IMG/VR virus record: IMGVR_UViG_3300014890_000015
Coordinates: 1 to 45,853 of that record
Reading direction: 5' to 3' (one strand)
DNA from: a virus
Lineage: Duplodnaviria; Heunggongvirae; Uroviricota; Caudoviricetes
DNA length: 45,853 nt
The translations under genes were made by a program, and so were the position numbers. Shown here in pieces: positions 1 through 9,004 of this stretch (its first letter is position 1; each line of letters opens with the position of its first letter). Under the pieces are notes generated by a model. It searched no databases, was not told where the DNA came from, and was given only the letters and a program-made list of their open reading frames with translations.

Positions 1-444
1 TTATTCTGGTACGAAATCCCTAACCGACTTCAAATCCTCCAGACTACTCAGCTCCTCTTTCATCTCACGCTGACGACGATAAATCTCGGCGTTGCGATCG
101 ACCTGCGCCTGCGCCAACATTTCTTCGAAGCGTTTCACCACGTCGGGTTTGAGGTCGCCTTCATCAAGGGCAGTCAGAAAGTCGTTCAGCGTGCCGGGCT
201 TTGAATCGTCGTATACGGCAATGTCGCCAACACAGTACTCGTCGCGCCAGTCCTGTTTCAGATATACGCAGTATTTTCCGGTCTGCGCCTTAAAACAGTA
301 CTCGCCACAGTTTCCTGTCACCACATCAGCAACTGTGCGCATCACCACTTCTGACGTGTTTACCCGGGATTTCAGAATTATGTGGCATCCGGACATGGGG
401 ATGCCTGCGCCATCAATCAGCGCACCTGATATCACTACAGACAT
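1..444 (-). CDS. hypothetical Cys-rich protein (147 aa) distal to tail fibre assembly gene
   Basis: Complete ORF ending at window position 1; sits after tfa in the tail-fibre module; no family recognised. Confidence 0.35.
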   Translation of the reverse strand: MSVVISGALIDGAGIPMSGCHIILKSRVNTSEVVMRTVADVVTGNCGEYCFKAQTGKYCVYLKQDWRDEYCVGDIAVYDDSKPGTLNDFLTALDEGDLKPDVVKRFEEMLAQAQVDRNAEIYRRQREMKEELSSLEDLKSVRDFVPE

Positions 445-467
445 AGTTTTTCTCGCAATAAATTAAA

Positions 468-1013
468 TCAGGAAGAGGCTTCCGGAGAGACGGGCCATTC
501 AATGGCGTTATATGAGCTTTTATCAGCGATGGTGCTGAAATCCATCGCCTGCAGCGATTTCGCGTATATACGGTACGCTTTCAGTTTTTCCCTGTCTTCG
601 TCGCTGATTAATCCCAGCAGCAGGTCTTTTTCCCATTCGCTGGTCATGATGCTGGCCCGTTGTAACAGGGCATCGCGCTCATCTTCCGCTTTAAGTTTGT
701 AGTCGAAGACAAATTTATCGTCGCGGTAAAACCAGTAACCAGGCACGGTAATACGGCGGTTAGCGGTAATATCAGGAACTTCAATAACACTAGCGTTACG
801 GGGTTCAATACCTGTCACATCCTTACCGACCCACACCACGCGCCCGTCTCCGGTGTAAACCATTTTTATGGTGTCACTGGCAAAATTTTTCAGCTCTTCA
901 TACCAGTTTCTGTCATCCTCCGAAAAAAGCCAGGTGATACCATGTTGTTTTGTCATCTGATATTGTTCTGCGGTTTTCGGATTGCCTGCAGTAATATTTT
1001 TTAAATGCAACAT
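468..1013 (-). CDS. tail fibre assembly protein (Tfa-like)
   Basis: 181 aa directly downstream of the tail fibre gene (2-nt gap); C-terminal EWP..P motif typical of Tfa chaperones. Confidence 0.6.
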   Translation of the reverse strand: MLHLKNITAGNPKTAEQYQMTKQHGITWLFSEDDRNWYEELKNFASDTIKMVYTGDGRVVWVGKDVTGIEPRNASVIEVPDITANRRITVPGYWFYRDDKFVFDYKLKAEDERDALLQRASIMTSEWEKDLLLGLISDEDREKLKAYRIYAKSLQAMDFSTIADKSSYNAIEWPVSPEASS

Positions 1014-1015
1014 TG

Positions 1016-2569
1016 TTAAACACTCGCCACGTTATACCAGGTGCCGTTAATCAGTTTCTGAAGCGGTCGATAATACACGCCGCCGATGTTATCTGCCGAA
1101 TTACTTCCGGTTTCCTGCACATTAATACCGGATAACCCGTGGCCTGAAGGTGAGCGAAATGTCCAGGATACTTGGTTACCTCCCGGTTTGTAATACATTT
1201 CGGAACCATAACGCACATCCTGCACGCCGCCATTTCGCTGCTGATAACGGGCATCGAAATTTCCATAGTTTAATGGGGTCATCTGTCCGTTTACAGCGAA
1301 TGTGATACTGCCATCGGTATTTCTCTGGCTGTAAAAATGCCAGCCGGAATCATCACCAAGCTCTGCAACTACAGGTCGGGATGAATTACCCCATAAATTA
1401 AACATTGCGTTTTTCGTGGAGTTGTTGGTGCTGGATAACGTGAATTTTTTAGCATTTCCGGCCTGAATATTTTTTAACGCTATCGCCACACCATTCCGGA
1501 AACGAAATACATGCTGTCCATTCGCATAAACATCCAGAATGCCGTCGCCGTTTTGTTTTATACCTGTATCGTTATCCCCGAGAGCAATTGAGTTTCCGCC
1601 CAGCGCGTTCTTAACGCCGATACCCAGTGCACCATTGACCTGAGAACCACCGCCAACAGACACTTTATGCGACATGGATATCTCTCCTGTCCGCAAATTA
1701 ATGGTGAGCGGACGCAGGGGACCAATATCTCCATTCTCGCCCTGACCTTCACTAGTAGGGATAAGGTGCAGGCACTCTTCAGAACGGCGAAAAATAAGGC
1801 CAAAAGCCTCGTTAAAAATCCTCAATGCATTAACACCACGTATTTTCAGCTCCCCGGTCATCAAATCACCAGATTTTTTTACATATCGCAGATCAAAATC
1901 TGAATAGATATTGCCGGGGTTTATCACACTGAAATAACTTTTCTCGCTATCAAGAAGGCAAATCAAAGGAATACCCTTAATGATATCATTCGCTACCAGC
2001 TCGGACTTGTTCCCCTTATAAAGTGGGAACGTACCAAGAACCTTTCCGCCTAGTGTTAGTTGAAGTGTCGCCGCGTTGGTATTGTTCTGAACGGGGAAAA
2101 CTATAATCGGAGTTCGTAGCGTCCAATCTGTACCTCCATTAACAAAAAACGTCGAGGGAAGTTCCAGCGTCAGTGCGTTTGCAGTGCCACCAGTAACACC
2201 CGCAATATAATGACCGCTCTGAAGCTGCGCTATCTGTACGAAATAGTTTTCCGATCCACGCGTGGCAAAGTTAGCCACAACGTCATTAAGGGACCAACCT
2301 TTCGCGGTTGTTCCTTCCTGCCCACGAATGACTTTCAGCACATCACCGCTTACCGATACCAGGTGACAAATCTCAAATGCAGACTCTTTATTATCGGTAA
2401 GCGTAATTTTTGCATAGACGCGTTGCCCGTTCGATTTATTTTCAAAATCGGCAGAAAGCAATTTTGCAAATTTAGCTCCCGTGCCCGGCATCACCGGAAT
2501 ATCAGTCTGAATCGTCGTAATATCACCAGCCAGTGCTGAAACAACGTTATTTCCGAATCCAAGAATCAT
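1016..2569 (-). CDS. tail fibre protein
   Basis: 517 aa, Gly/Asn/Ser-rich C-terminal half; ATGA overlap with upstream baseplate gene; position before tfa. Confidence 0.55.
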   Translation of the reverse strand: MILGFGNNVVSALAGDITTIQTDIPVMPGTGAKFAKLLSADFENKSNGQRVYAKITLTDNKESAFEICHLVSVSGDVLKVIRGQEGTTAKGWSLNDVVANFATRGSENYFVQIAQLQSGHYIAGVTGGTANALTLELPSTFFVNGGTDWTLRTPIIVFPVQNNTNAATLQLTLGGKVLGTFPLYKGNKSELVANDIIKGIPLICLLDSEKSYFSVINPGNIYSDFDLRYVKKSGDLMTGELKIRGVNALRIFNEAFGLIFRRSEECLHLIPTSEGQGENGDIGPLRPLTINLRTGEISMSHKVSVGGGSQVNGALGIGVKNALGGNSIALGDNDTGIKQNGDGILDVYANGQHVFRFRNGVAIALKNIQAGNAKKFTLSSTNNSTKNAMFNLWGNSSRPVVAELGDDSGWHFYSQRNTDGSITFAVNGQMTPLNYGNFDARYQQRNGGVQDVRYGSEMYYKPGGNQVSWTFRSPSGHGLSGINVQETGSNSADNIGGVYYRPLQKLINGTWYNVASV

Positions 2570-3192
2570 TTTTGAATCACCGTTGTTGCATAGGAATAAA
2601 TAAAAGGGAGTTTTACATATTTCTGGTCAATGGCATCTTTCAGAAAATAGCCTATACCATCACCATATTCTGGTATCTGAATAGAAAAAACACTGTCCGA
2701 TACAGTCACGCTCACATCAAAAGTGTGCTGCAACGGCGGGTCTATTCCGTTTTTCCCATGAATGAACCGTGCCACACGGCGCTTTAACCAGTCAATGCAG
2801 AAATGCGAACCGTCAGCCTTATAAAAATTCCAAGTTAATATTCGCTTGAAATAATCATCCGGAACATACGATGCCTGCCCCGGAACATAATTCCGCATTG
2901 CCGCATAAGGGATTGTATTGTATTCAATGGTATCGTATGCGCCGCGTGCAATAGCCTCCTCGGAAACCTGTAGTAAAGGCCTTTCAACGCCATAAATCCC
3001 GAGAGCAATCCAGTCCAGCAATTGCCCGGTTATTGATTCCGATGTCCAGCATGGCAATGCCAGATTGTTGAGTGAATCGAGGTATTCCTGAGCAATTTCA
3101 TTGTATGCATCAAAGAACGCAACAACATTCGGATCATCTCTGTACTGCACAAACGGATTAGCAGGGAGAATTTTTTCAGTCAGATATTGCAT
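2566..3192 (-). CDS. baseplate/tail protein (P2 gpI / Mu gp48-like position)
   Basis: ORF follows the J-like gene and precedes the tail fibre; start taken at internal ATG 3192 to limit overlap with J; start uncertain. Confidence 0.4.
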   Translation of the reverse strand: MQYLTEKILPANPFVQYRDDPNVVAFFDAYNEIAQEYLDSLNNLALPCWTSESITGQLLDWIALGIYGVERPLLQVSEEAIARGAYDTIEYNTIPYAAMRNYVPGQASYVPDDYFKRILTWNFYKADGSHFCIDWLKRRVARFIHGKNGIDPPLQHTFDVSVTVSDSVFSIQIPEYGDGIGYFLKDAIDQKYVKLPFIYSYATTVIQK

Positions 3193-4402
3193 ACTTGTTA
3201 ACTTGAACCTGTGATACCACCGTCGAAAAATAGGAATAGGTATCGCCATAAACCAGGCTTGTGTCTTTTGCCGGAGGAACAATATGGCCATTAATGCCAA
3301 TGCTCACACTGATTGTTGAGATCAACGTCGCATCAACCAACAATCTGACGGAACTGGTAAAAATATCCTGGATTCGCAGCAGATTTATCGGGTGTCCGAC
3401 TTCAATAGAATTGATGTAATCAGCAACGTTTTGCTGCACAGCCATAGCAATACCCGCCGGATCAACATAATCATCAGATACAGTGTTCCAGGTGATTAGC
3501 ACCATGACGTTTTGTGATGACGGGATAACGAACGGCACCTGATAAACATCTGGCGAAACGGTTATTGAAACCGTGCGTTTTTCCACTGCCGCACCAGATG
3601 GATTGCTAACATCGTTGGTCAGTTTCGAAATATCCGGTACAGATTTGTAAATAGCATAAGCCACATCATACGGATCACCGCCACCAACAACCGCAACCCA
3701 TTTCCCCAGCGACGACTGCCGGAAAGAAATCAGGTTTTCTCGCACACCGCTTACTGATTTGAGCATCGCTTTAAAGCAATCCGGTGTTCCCTGCACACCA
3801 AACATGCCGGACTCCATGACTTCGGCGCGGTAAGATGCCCACGTTTGCGCCTCCTGACCTGGCATCCCTGCGGTAAGGTTCGTGCATTTTACAGGCTGAT
3901 CTTTGGGTACCGATGTAATGACCTGCGTTACGGTTCCTTCCGGTACAGCCCATGAGCCTGACGTTGTGGCCACACAGTAGACTGGCTCAGTCTGCCCGCT
4001 TTCCGGCACCACCGTATCGCGGGAAACTGCATACTGGTAGTTGCCGTCACCGACAACAAATCCTTTAGGGATACCAAACCCCGGCAACGCCTCAAACACC
4101 ACGTATACCGCCGTATTTGTACTTAATCCCTTCTGTGCTCCATAAATGTTTCCGAGTTGCATCAGTAACGGAATATTTGCGCCGTATGGGCTTACGGAGT
4201 TAATAAGGTCCACCCGCGCCTGGTCTATTAATGCCAGCGCCCCGACTGCCGTGCTGGCAAGGTCAGTAATAAGCCCCGCCGGAAGGTTGGCTGTATATCC
4301 AGGTACTTTTTCAGCAACTCTGATGATAAGATTTGCAAGCAAATCATTGGGTGGCGTAGGCTGCGCCCCCGCACTGGTCATAGTAATTGGTATTTCTGAC
4401 AT
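3176..4402 (-). CDS. baseplate J-like protein
   Basis: 408 aa in conserved V-W-J-I-fibre order of P2/Mu-type baseplates. Confidence 0.5.
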   Translation of the reverse strand: MSEIPITMTSAGAQPTPPNDLLANLIIRVAEKVPGYTANLPAGLITDLASTAVGALALIDQARVDLINSVSPYGANIPLLMQLGNIYGAQKGLSTNTAVYVVFEALPGFGIPKGFVVGDGNYQYAVSRDTVVPESGQTEPVYCVATTSGSWAVPEGTVTQVITSVPKDQPVKCTNLTAGMPGQEAQTWASYRAEVMESGMFGVQGTPDCFKAMLKSVSGVRENLISFRQSSLGKWVAVVGGGDPYDVAYAIYKSVPDISKLTNDVSNPSGAAVEKRTVSITVSPDVYQVPFVIPSSQNVMVLITWNTVSDDYVDPAGIAMAVQQNVADYINSIEVGHPINLLRIQDIFTSSVRLLVDATLISTISVSIGINGHIVPPAKDTSLVYGDTYSYFSTVVSQVQVNKYAISD

Positions 4403-4414
4403 ATTTACTCCATT

Positions 4415-4440
4415 AAAAAACCCGCTTTCGCGGGTTTTTT
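4415..4440. terminator. bidirectional rho-independent terminator-like hairpin (A6-CCCGC-TTTC-GCGGG-T6)
   Basis: Perfect GC stem flanked by A-run and T-run, between cargo gene stop (4443) and J start (4402). Confidence 0.6.
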
Positions 4441-4442
4441 AC

Positions 4443-5561
4443 TTATTCAACCTCTTCTAAACTACTCGCTCTGGACCCTCGGCGGAAATTATCATCATTT
4501 TTAACATACTCGTATGAATCCAGAATCAAACCAGATATGCGAAGTATATCTTCCGGATTAGTTATATGTATCCTTTTACCATCCGTATCAAGTCGAGCTC
4601 GTCTTATTTCATTCAACTGAACTTCACTAAGCGAAATAGGTAAAGTTATAAATGAAGATTTTTTATCATAAAATCTTAACAGCCATCTATTAGTTTTACC
4701 ATTCAATAGTACACCAAAATATGACTCAGTATCTTTATATTCTATATTATCTTCTGTTTGTATGATTTGTTTTACCCTTTCAAATAGCTCCAATTCTTTG
4801 GCTGTGGTTATTATGTTGGGGTTTTCTTCATCAACAATGGCGTTATTAACTTGTGTATCCGTTGCATCATTTTCTTTAGTTTGCTCTACCGGTTGTGTAG
4901 ATAGCCCGGAAACCACCATTGCGCTAACAGCGCGCTCAACGGCCTGTTTAACTAATGGAGTCACGAACTCAAGAAATCTCTGATTAAGTTGTCTCTCAAT
5001 ATTTGAACGACTAGCAACATATCGAACAAACTCCAGATCAACTTCACGAAGACTAGAACTGATTGTTTTAGTAAATGAATTCAAATAAACACTTTCTTCA
5101 GCCAGTGTCCGTAAAGCCTCTGGTTTGAATTTATCATAACGAAAACGAAATAATTGTGTAATATCGGAGTGAGTTAGAGAATCCATTCTTATTTTTAAAA
5201 ACGGCGTTGAATCCATTATGTTTTTTTGTTTCAAATCCGTAAAAAAACGCCATTCAACACCATTTGTAATGGCTGATATAGTAACTTCCGGTGTTGAATT
5301 AAAATATCTTGATAGCTGTGGGCAGTGATTATCAATTTGTTCTGAAAACGATTTCGCCTCAATGAACATCACAGGAACATCATGACAAAATAAAGCGTAA
5401 TCAACCCGTTCATTAGCCTTAACCCCGGGGAAGTCAGCACTATACTCAGCTTTGACTTTTCTTGGATCATACGGAGTAAAACCAAGAATATCTAGTAATG
5501 GCATAATGAGTGCTTGTTTTGTCGTTTCTTCAGTTGTACAAAACACCCCATTTTGCAACAT
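4443..5561 (-). CDS. HsdR_N-like / PD-(D/E)xK nuclease-domain protein; moron, candidate phage-defence or exclusion gene
   Basis: N-terminal ~110 aa shows the HsdR N-terminal nuclease pattern (TEETTKQALIMPLLD..LGF, DYALF, VMFIEAK, Q..RY, TNGVEWRFF); C-terminal ~250 aa unassigned; gene visibly AT-rich versus flanks; own leader upstream and terminator downstream. Confidence 0.6.
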   Translation of the reverse strand: MLQNGVFCTTEETTKQALIMPLLDILGFTPYDPRKVKAEYSADFPGVKANERVDYALFCHDVPVMFIEAKSFSEQIDNHCPQLSRYFNSTPEVTISAITNGVEWRFFTDLKQKNIMDSTPFLKIRMDSLTHSDITQLFRFRYDKFKPEALRTLAEESVYLNSFTKTISSSLREVDLEFVRYVASRSNIERQLNQRFLEFVTPLVKQAVERAVSAMVVSGLSTQPVEQTKENDATDTQVNNAIVDEENPNIITTAKELELFERVKQIIQTEDNIEYKDTESYFGVLLNGKTNRWLLRFYDKKSSFITLPISLSEVQLNEIRRARLDTDGKRIHITNPEDILRISGLILDSYEYVKNDDNFRRGSRASSLEEVE

Positions 5562-5750
5562 GCTCTGTGTGTATTTTTAACTTATTTGCAAAATTTTCCA
5601 TACTTGTCTCCTCCATGGTAACAATATGTATTTTGCAAATCCGAAATAATATATGTCAATATGCTCCAGCTTAGAAAATTACTCGCCCCCCTAAAATATC
5701 TCTCTACAGCACTCCAAACCAAGGTAAAAGTTTTATCATAAAACTGTGAT

Positions 5751-6098
5751 TCATACCGGCACCTGCGCCCGGTAACTGGTCCCATTAAAAAACACAACAT
5801 CGATGTTATAGGTGGGGTTCGCTGCCCCATCTACCTTTGAAATTGCCAGCGATGCAAAATACCCGGCAAACTGTTGCTGAACCATGTTCACATAGTAGTC
5901 TGGGTAAATCTGCTGCACGATGCACTGCTGCGCAGGAATACCGTAATTCGCGTAAAACGGCGACTCCCCCAATCCCAGCTTTAACGTCTGAATGAGCGTC
6001 GTCAACCAGCCGTAGGAGAAATCACCGTTGGCGTCAGATTCTACTGCAACCCATTTTTTGTTGCCGTTCGCGTCGGTGACGCGGCCCCATGTTCTCAT
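5751..6098 (-). CDS. putative baseplate wedge protein (gpW/gp25-like position)
   Basis: 115 aa from ATG 6098 with GGTGAGGG RBS; position after spike-like gene; assignment by size and synteny only. Confidence 0.35.
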   Translation of the reverse strand: MRTWGRVTDANGNKKWVAVESDANGDFSYGWLTTLIQTLKLGLGESPFYANYGIPAQQCIVQQIYPDYYVNMVQQQFAGYFASLAISKVDGAANPTYNIDVVFFNGTSYRAQVPV

Positions 6099-6105
6099 CG
6101 TGCCC

Positions 6106-6204
6106 TCACCACCATCGGATCTGGCCAACAAAATAACCAGACGCCAGAATCAGAAAGACCAACCAAATAAGCAAAAACTTCCAAGTGGATAATTTTTCAG
6201 CCAT
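6106..6204 (-). CDS. small hydrophobic ORF (32 aa, MAEKLSTWKFLLIWLVFLILASGYFVGQIRWW)
   Basis: ATG preceded by GGGAGA RBS at 8 nt; one predicted TM helix; stop overlaps RBS of downstream gene; absent from ORF track (below 60 aa). Confidence 0.25.
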   Translation of the reverse strand: MAEKLSTWKFLLIWLVFLILASGYFVGQIRWW

Positions 6205-6274
6205 AACTCGAATCTCCCGAATCAGTTTGCTAAAATCAAACACGACTTCTCCTTGCCTTATTCAAGGTCAGAAA

Positions 6275-6307
6275 CAAAAAGCCCCGAACTGTTCCAGCAG
6301 CCGGGGC
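6275..6307 (-). terminator. terminator-like hairpin inside baseplate operon
   Basis: GCCCCG...CGGGGC stem followed by T-rich tract on the minus strand, downstream of spike-like gene. Confidence 0.3.
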
Positions 6308-6349
6308 TTTCGCTTTATGAGATAGAATTTAAAGTGAAATGAACCGGAA

Positions 6350-7063
6350 TTAACCCTGATTTGGTTGCTTCGACGTGATCGTGCTGCCGCCGCTTTGAAC
6401 GCCAGTCACATCGTGGCTGTGGCCGCTGGCACTGACACCTTTTATCACCGCGTCATTTTGCACAGTAAGCGGGCCAATCAGCGAAGCGGTTGTATCCTTC
6501 ATCTGGGCTTTGTCCTGGACGATTGGACCGTTGAGGTGAATTTTCCCGTTCAGGAAAATATCTTCGGCCTCGAGGTAAACAGCTTTCGACTTTTGCCTGA
6601 TTTCTTCCGGTGCCACCGTTACCGAGCTACTGCCGTCCTCTGTTTTGAGGATCGCGCCATCCGGACCGTACAAAACGATTTTTTGCGGATCTTCGTCGGA
6701 CCAGTCCTTGTTTGCCAGTGGCACGAAAAACAGTGGAGTGAGCGACATCGAGTAAGAGAGCGTCGCCATACCGGTTCCCAATCCGGACACACCGCGCAGG
6801 GATACATCAGCGGCAATTGTTACTCCTCGATCGCCCGGCTGTATCGGGTAACGAATATACGGGAATGTGGCGACAGGGATTGTTATCTGCGGAAAGTTGA
6901 TCCCCTCCGGCAGCATATCAAACTGAACTGTCACTATCTGCCCGCTGACACCGACAACATGGCAGGGCAATTCGCGGCCTTTAAGCTCGGCTTGCTGGTT
7001 ACCAGAACTGGTCATCATCTCCGACAGTGTTCGGAGAAACGGTAATTTTTGAGCGTTTGACAT
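6350..7063 (-). CDS. baseplate spike / assembly protein V-like
   Basis: 237 aa, Gly/Ser-rich C-terminus; 1-nt TAATG coupling with upstream gene; position in baseplate module. Confidence 0.45.
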   Translation of the reverse strand: MSNAQKLPFLRTLSEMMTSSGNQQAELKGRELPCHVVGVSGQIVTVQFDMLPEGINFPQITIPVATFPYIRYPIQPGDRGVTIAADVSLRGVSGLGTGMATLSYSMSLTPLFFVPLANKDWSDEDPQKIVLYGPDGAILKTEDGSSSVTVAPEEIRQKSKAVYLEAEDIFLNGKIHLNGPIVQDKAQMKDTTASLIGPLTVQNDAVIKGVSASGHSHDVTGVQSGGSTITSKQPNQG

Positions 7064-8070
7064 TACACCCTCGCCCAGTTCTCAGCATATGCCTCAAATA
7101 CCGTCACCCAGGCATCGCCATCGGCTGTCAGATACGAACCAATGTGTCTGACTGATTTCACAAGAAATTTCCCGGTGAACGTGGTCGAATTTTTTGCGAT
7201 AACGCTGGGTACCGTTGTATTAGCCATCACAATCGACGCAGCGCCAGAATATAGCCCCTCCGGCAGTTTAATCACATCACCACATCTGATATCGCCTCTC
7301 ATAGGGCATTTGAAACTGACGGTAAACGGCGCTATCCATGTCGGCTGCCCGACCAGTTCATGGGCATGAATTGTTTTTGGCTCACCCCACTTTGCCGATG
7401 CGTTATCGTAGATTCGTATTCTGTCGGAAAGAATACTGATGGCGATTCCGCTATACCTTTCATTACGCATCATCGCAATAGAGGCGTTTTTTACGACCAT
7501 AGCCAGCGAACCAATCTCCGTATATTTGCCCGTCCACGGCTCTGGCAAAACCAGGTTGTCGCTGACTGTGCAATCAATAAGTTTATTGGGATATGCTTTT
7601 TGCAAAGCGCGGACTAAAACATCGCCCACCCTTTCCCCTGCTTCCCCCTGCCCCTCAATTGAAAAAGGTTTACCGTCATCGGTTTTGCGTATGCTTGGAT
7701 TTATTACCAGGTTTAAAGTCTGGTTCGTGCCGATCCAGTTGGCATAGGCCAGATAAATTTCACCATAGATTACCTCCCCCTGTTGATCCTTATTTGCCAG
7801 TGGTAACCCCTGAACAAAGCCTGCTTTCATACGTACCAGACAACCCTGCAAACTTACGCTTTGCTTCAGCATGTCAATTGGTAATCCATAGATCGTCAGC
7901 ATCGTACCCGAACAGACTACATCCAGGCCGGTTACTTCAAAGTCAAATTCAACATGCAACCCACATCCTGGTGTTTCATTGGTATCAAAAGGTCCAATGG
8001 GTTTTCCATTGCTATCCACTGGCGGCTTGCCTGTTTTAGGATTAATAATTTCCAGTCGGTAATAACGCAT
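7063..8070 (-). CDS. tail/baseplate protein (335 aa)
   Basis: Translationally coupled ORF between tape measure and baseplate genes. Confidence 0.4.
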   Translation of the reverse strand: MRYYRLEIINPKTGKPPVDSNGKPIGPFDTNETPGCGLHVEFDFEVTGLDVVCSGTMLTIYGLPIDMLKQSVSLQGCLVRMKAGFVQGLPLANKDQQGEVIYGEIYLAYANWIGTNQTLNLVINPSIRKTDDGKPFSIEGQGEAGERVGDVLVRALQKAYPNKLIDCTVSDNLVLPEPWTGKYTEIGSLAMVVKNASIAMMRNERYSGIAISILSDRIRIYDNASAKWGEPKTIHAHELVGQPTWIAPFTVSFKCPMRGDIRCGDVIKLPEGLYSGAASIVMANTTVPSVIAKNSTTFTGKFLVKSVRHIGSYLTADGDAWVTVFEAYAENWARV

Positions 8071-8336
8071 TACGAAACCTCAAACTGATTCGTACTTTCG
8101 CGAAAAACAAGTTTCCCCGGTGAGCAAGGCAGCGCCAGATTGATGTCGTAACTGTCAGGTGACGCGATCAAAGGCATGTATACAATCACGTCGCCTGAAC
8201 TGTCTTTCAGTTCCAGGTAGTAACGATTTGCATACAGATTAAACGGAACGCGGGCGAATGTTTCATATTCTCCGATTCTGGCCGTGAACTGAAATGGTCC
8301 TCGCCCGTCAGGTTTGAAAGGAATTAACGTTGTCAT
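8070..8336 (-). CDS. small tail protein (88 aa)
   Basis: Coupled ORF in tail module. Confidence 0.4.
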   Translation of the reverse strand: MTTLIPFKPDGRGPFQFTARIGEYETFARVPFNLYANRYYLELKDSSGDVIVYMPLIASPDSYDINLALPCSPGKLVFRESTNQFEVS

Positions 8337-9001
8337 AAGCCAAAACCAAACTCCTGCACGACCTGGTTCTTAATACCTGACCACGATAGCGCCCCGTCTG
8401 ACGGCATCCCTTTATCAAATTTATCCAGAACGCTCGCCAGCGTTTTTACCGTTTGTTCGACAGACGACAATGGTTGCTCAAACTCAATCTGCCAGGTGTA
8501 CTGAACCTGCTTGTTCTGCTCAGAGAAACCGGATGTATCGATAAACGACCGCATCAGACAGCGCGTGTAGATGAAAGATGGCGTCATTACGGTGTAACAA
8601 CCGCCATACTGGTTATGCATATCGAGCGCCATTTTCAGCGCCGTGAATGTCATCCCCTTAGTGATGTAGCCACCGTCCTCCGTTGATGCCGGACGGATCA
8701 TCTGCATGACTACCCGGTTAGGCTTCTTGACGGTCGCATTCGCTGCCGTTACCTGGTTATAGAAATTCAGGTTGCAAATATCCTGCTGAACCAACGTTGT
8801 CCCCGCCATCGGGGTAAATGCCGCCATCGAGCGTGTACGAATCTCGCCATGCAGCAGACCGTTCACAATGCTTAGGCCTTCGGTCAAAACAGCAATCGGC
8901 ATCACCCCGCCGGGAATTTTCGACGCTATGCCATCAACTAAAAGAATGGGCGATACTTCAAACGCCAGTTTGAAAGCTTGTCCAAAGTAATTAAGTGACA
9001 T
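8333..9001 (-). CDS. tail protein (222 aa)
   Basis: Coupled ORF immediately after tape measure gene. Confidence 0.4.
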   Translation of the reverse strand: MSLNYFGQAFKLAFEVSPILLVDGIASKIPGGVMPIAVLTEGLSIVNGLLHGEIRTRSMAAFTPMAGTTLVQQDICNLNFYNQVTAANATVKKPNRVVMQMIRPASTEDGGYITKGMTFTALKMALDMHNQYGGCYTVMTPSFIYTRCLMRSFIDTSGFSEQNKQVQYTWQIEFEQPLSSVEQTVKTLASVLDKFDKGMPSDGALSWSGIKNQVVQEFGFGL

Positions 9002-9004
9002 GGT

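Noticed and set aside
1-444. First gene as a serotype-converting gtr-type gene, as found after tail fibres in SfV-like phages
   Set aside because: Product is a soluble-looking Cys-rich 147-aa protein without the multi-helix membrane profile of GtrA-type flippases.
5582-5830. 82-aa minus-strand ORF in the moron leader
   Set aside because: Overlaps the 3' end of the W-like gene in another frame and runs through the AT-rich promoter-like leader; no RBS.
6365-7045. 226-aa plus-strand ORF
   Set aside because: Lies entirely antisense to the spike-like baseplate gene in a coupled minus-strand operon; no RBS; Arg-rich shadow-frame composition.
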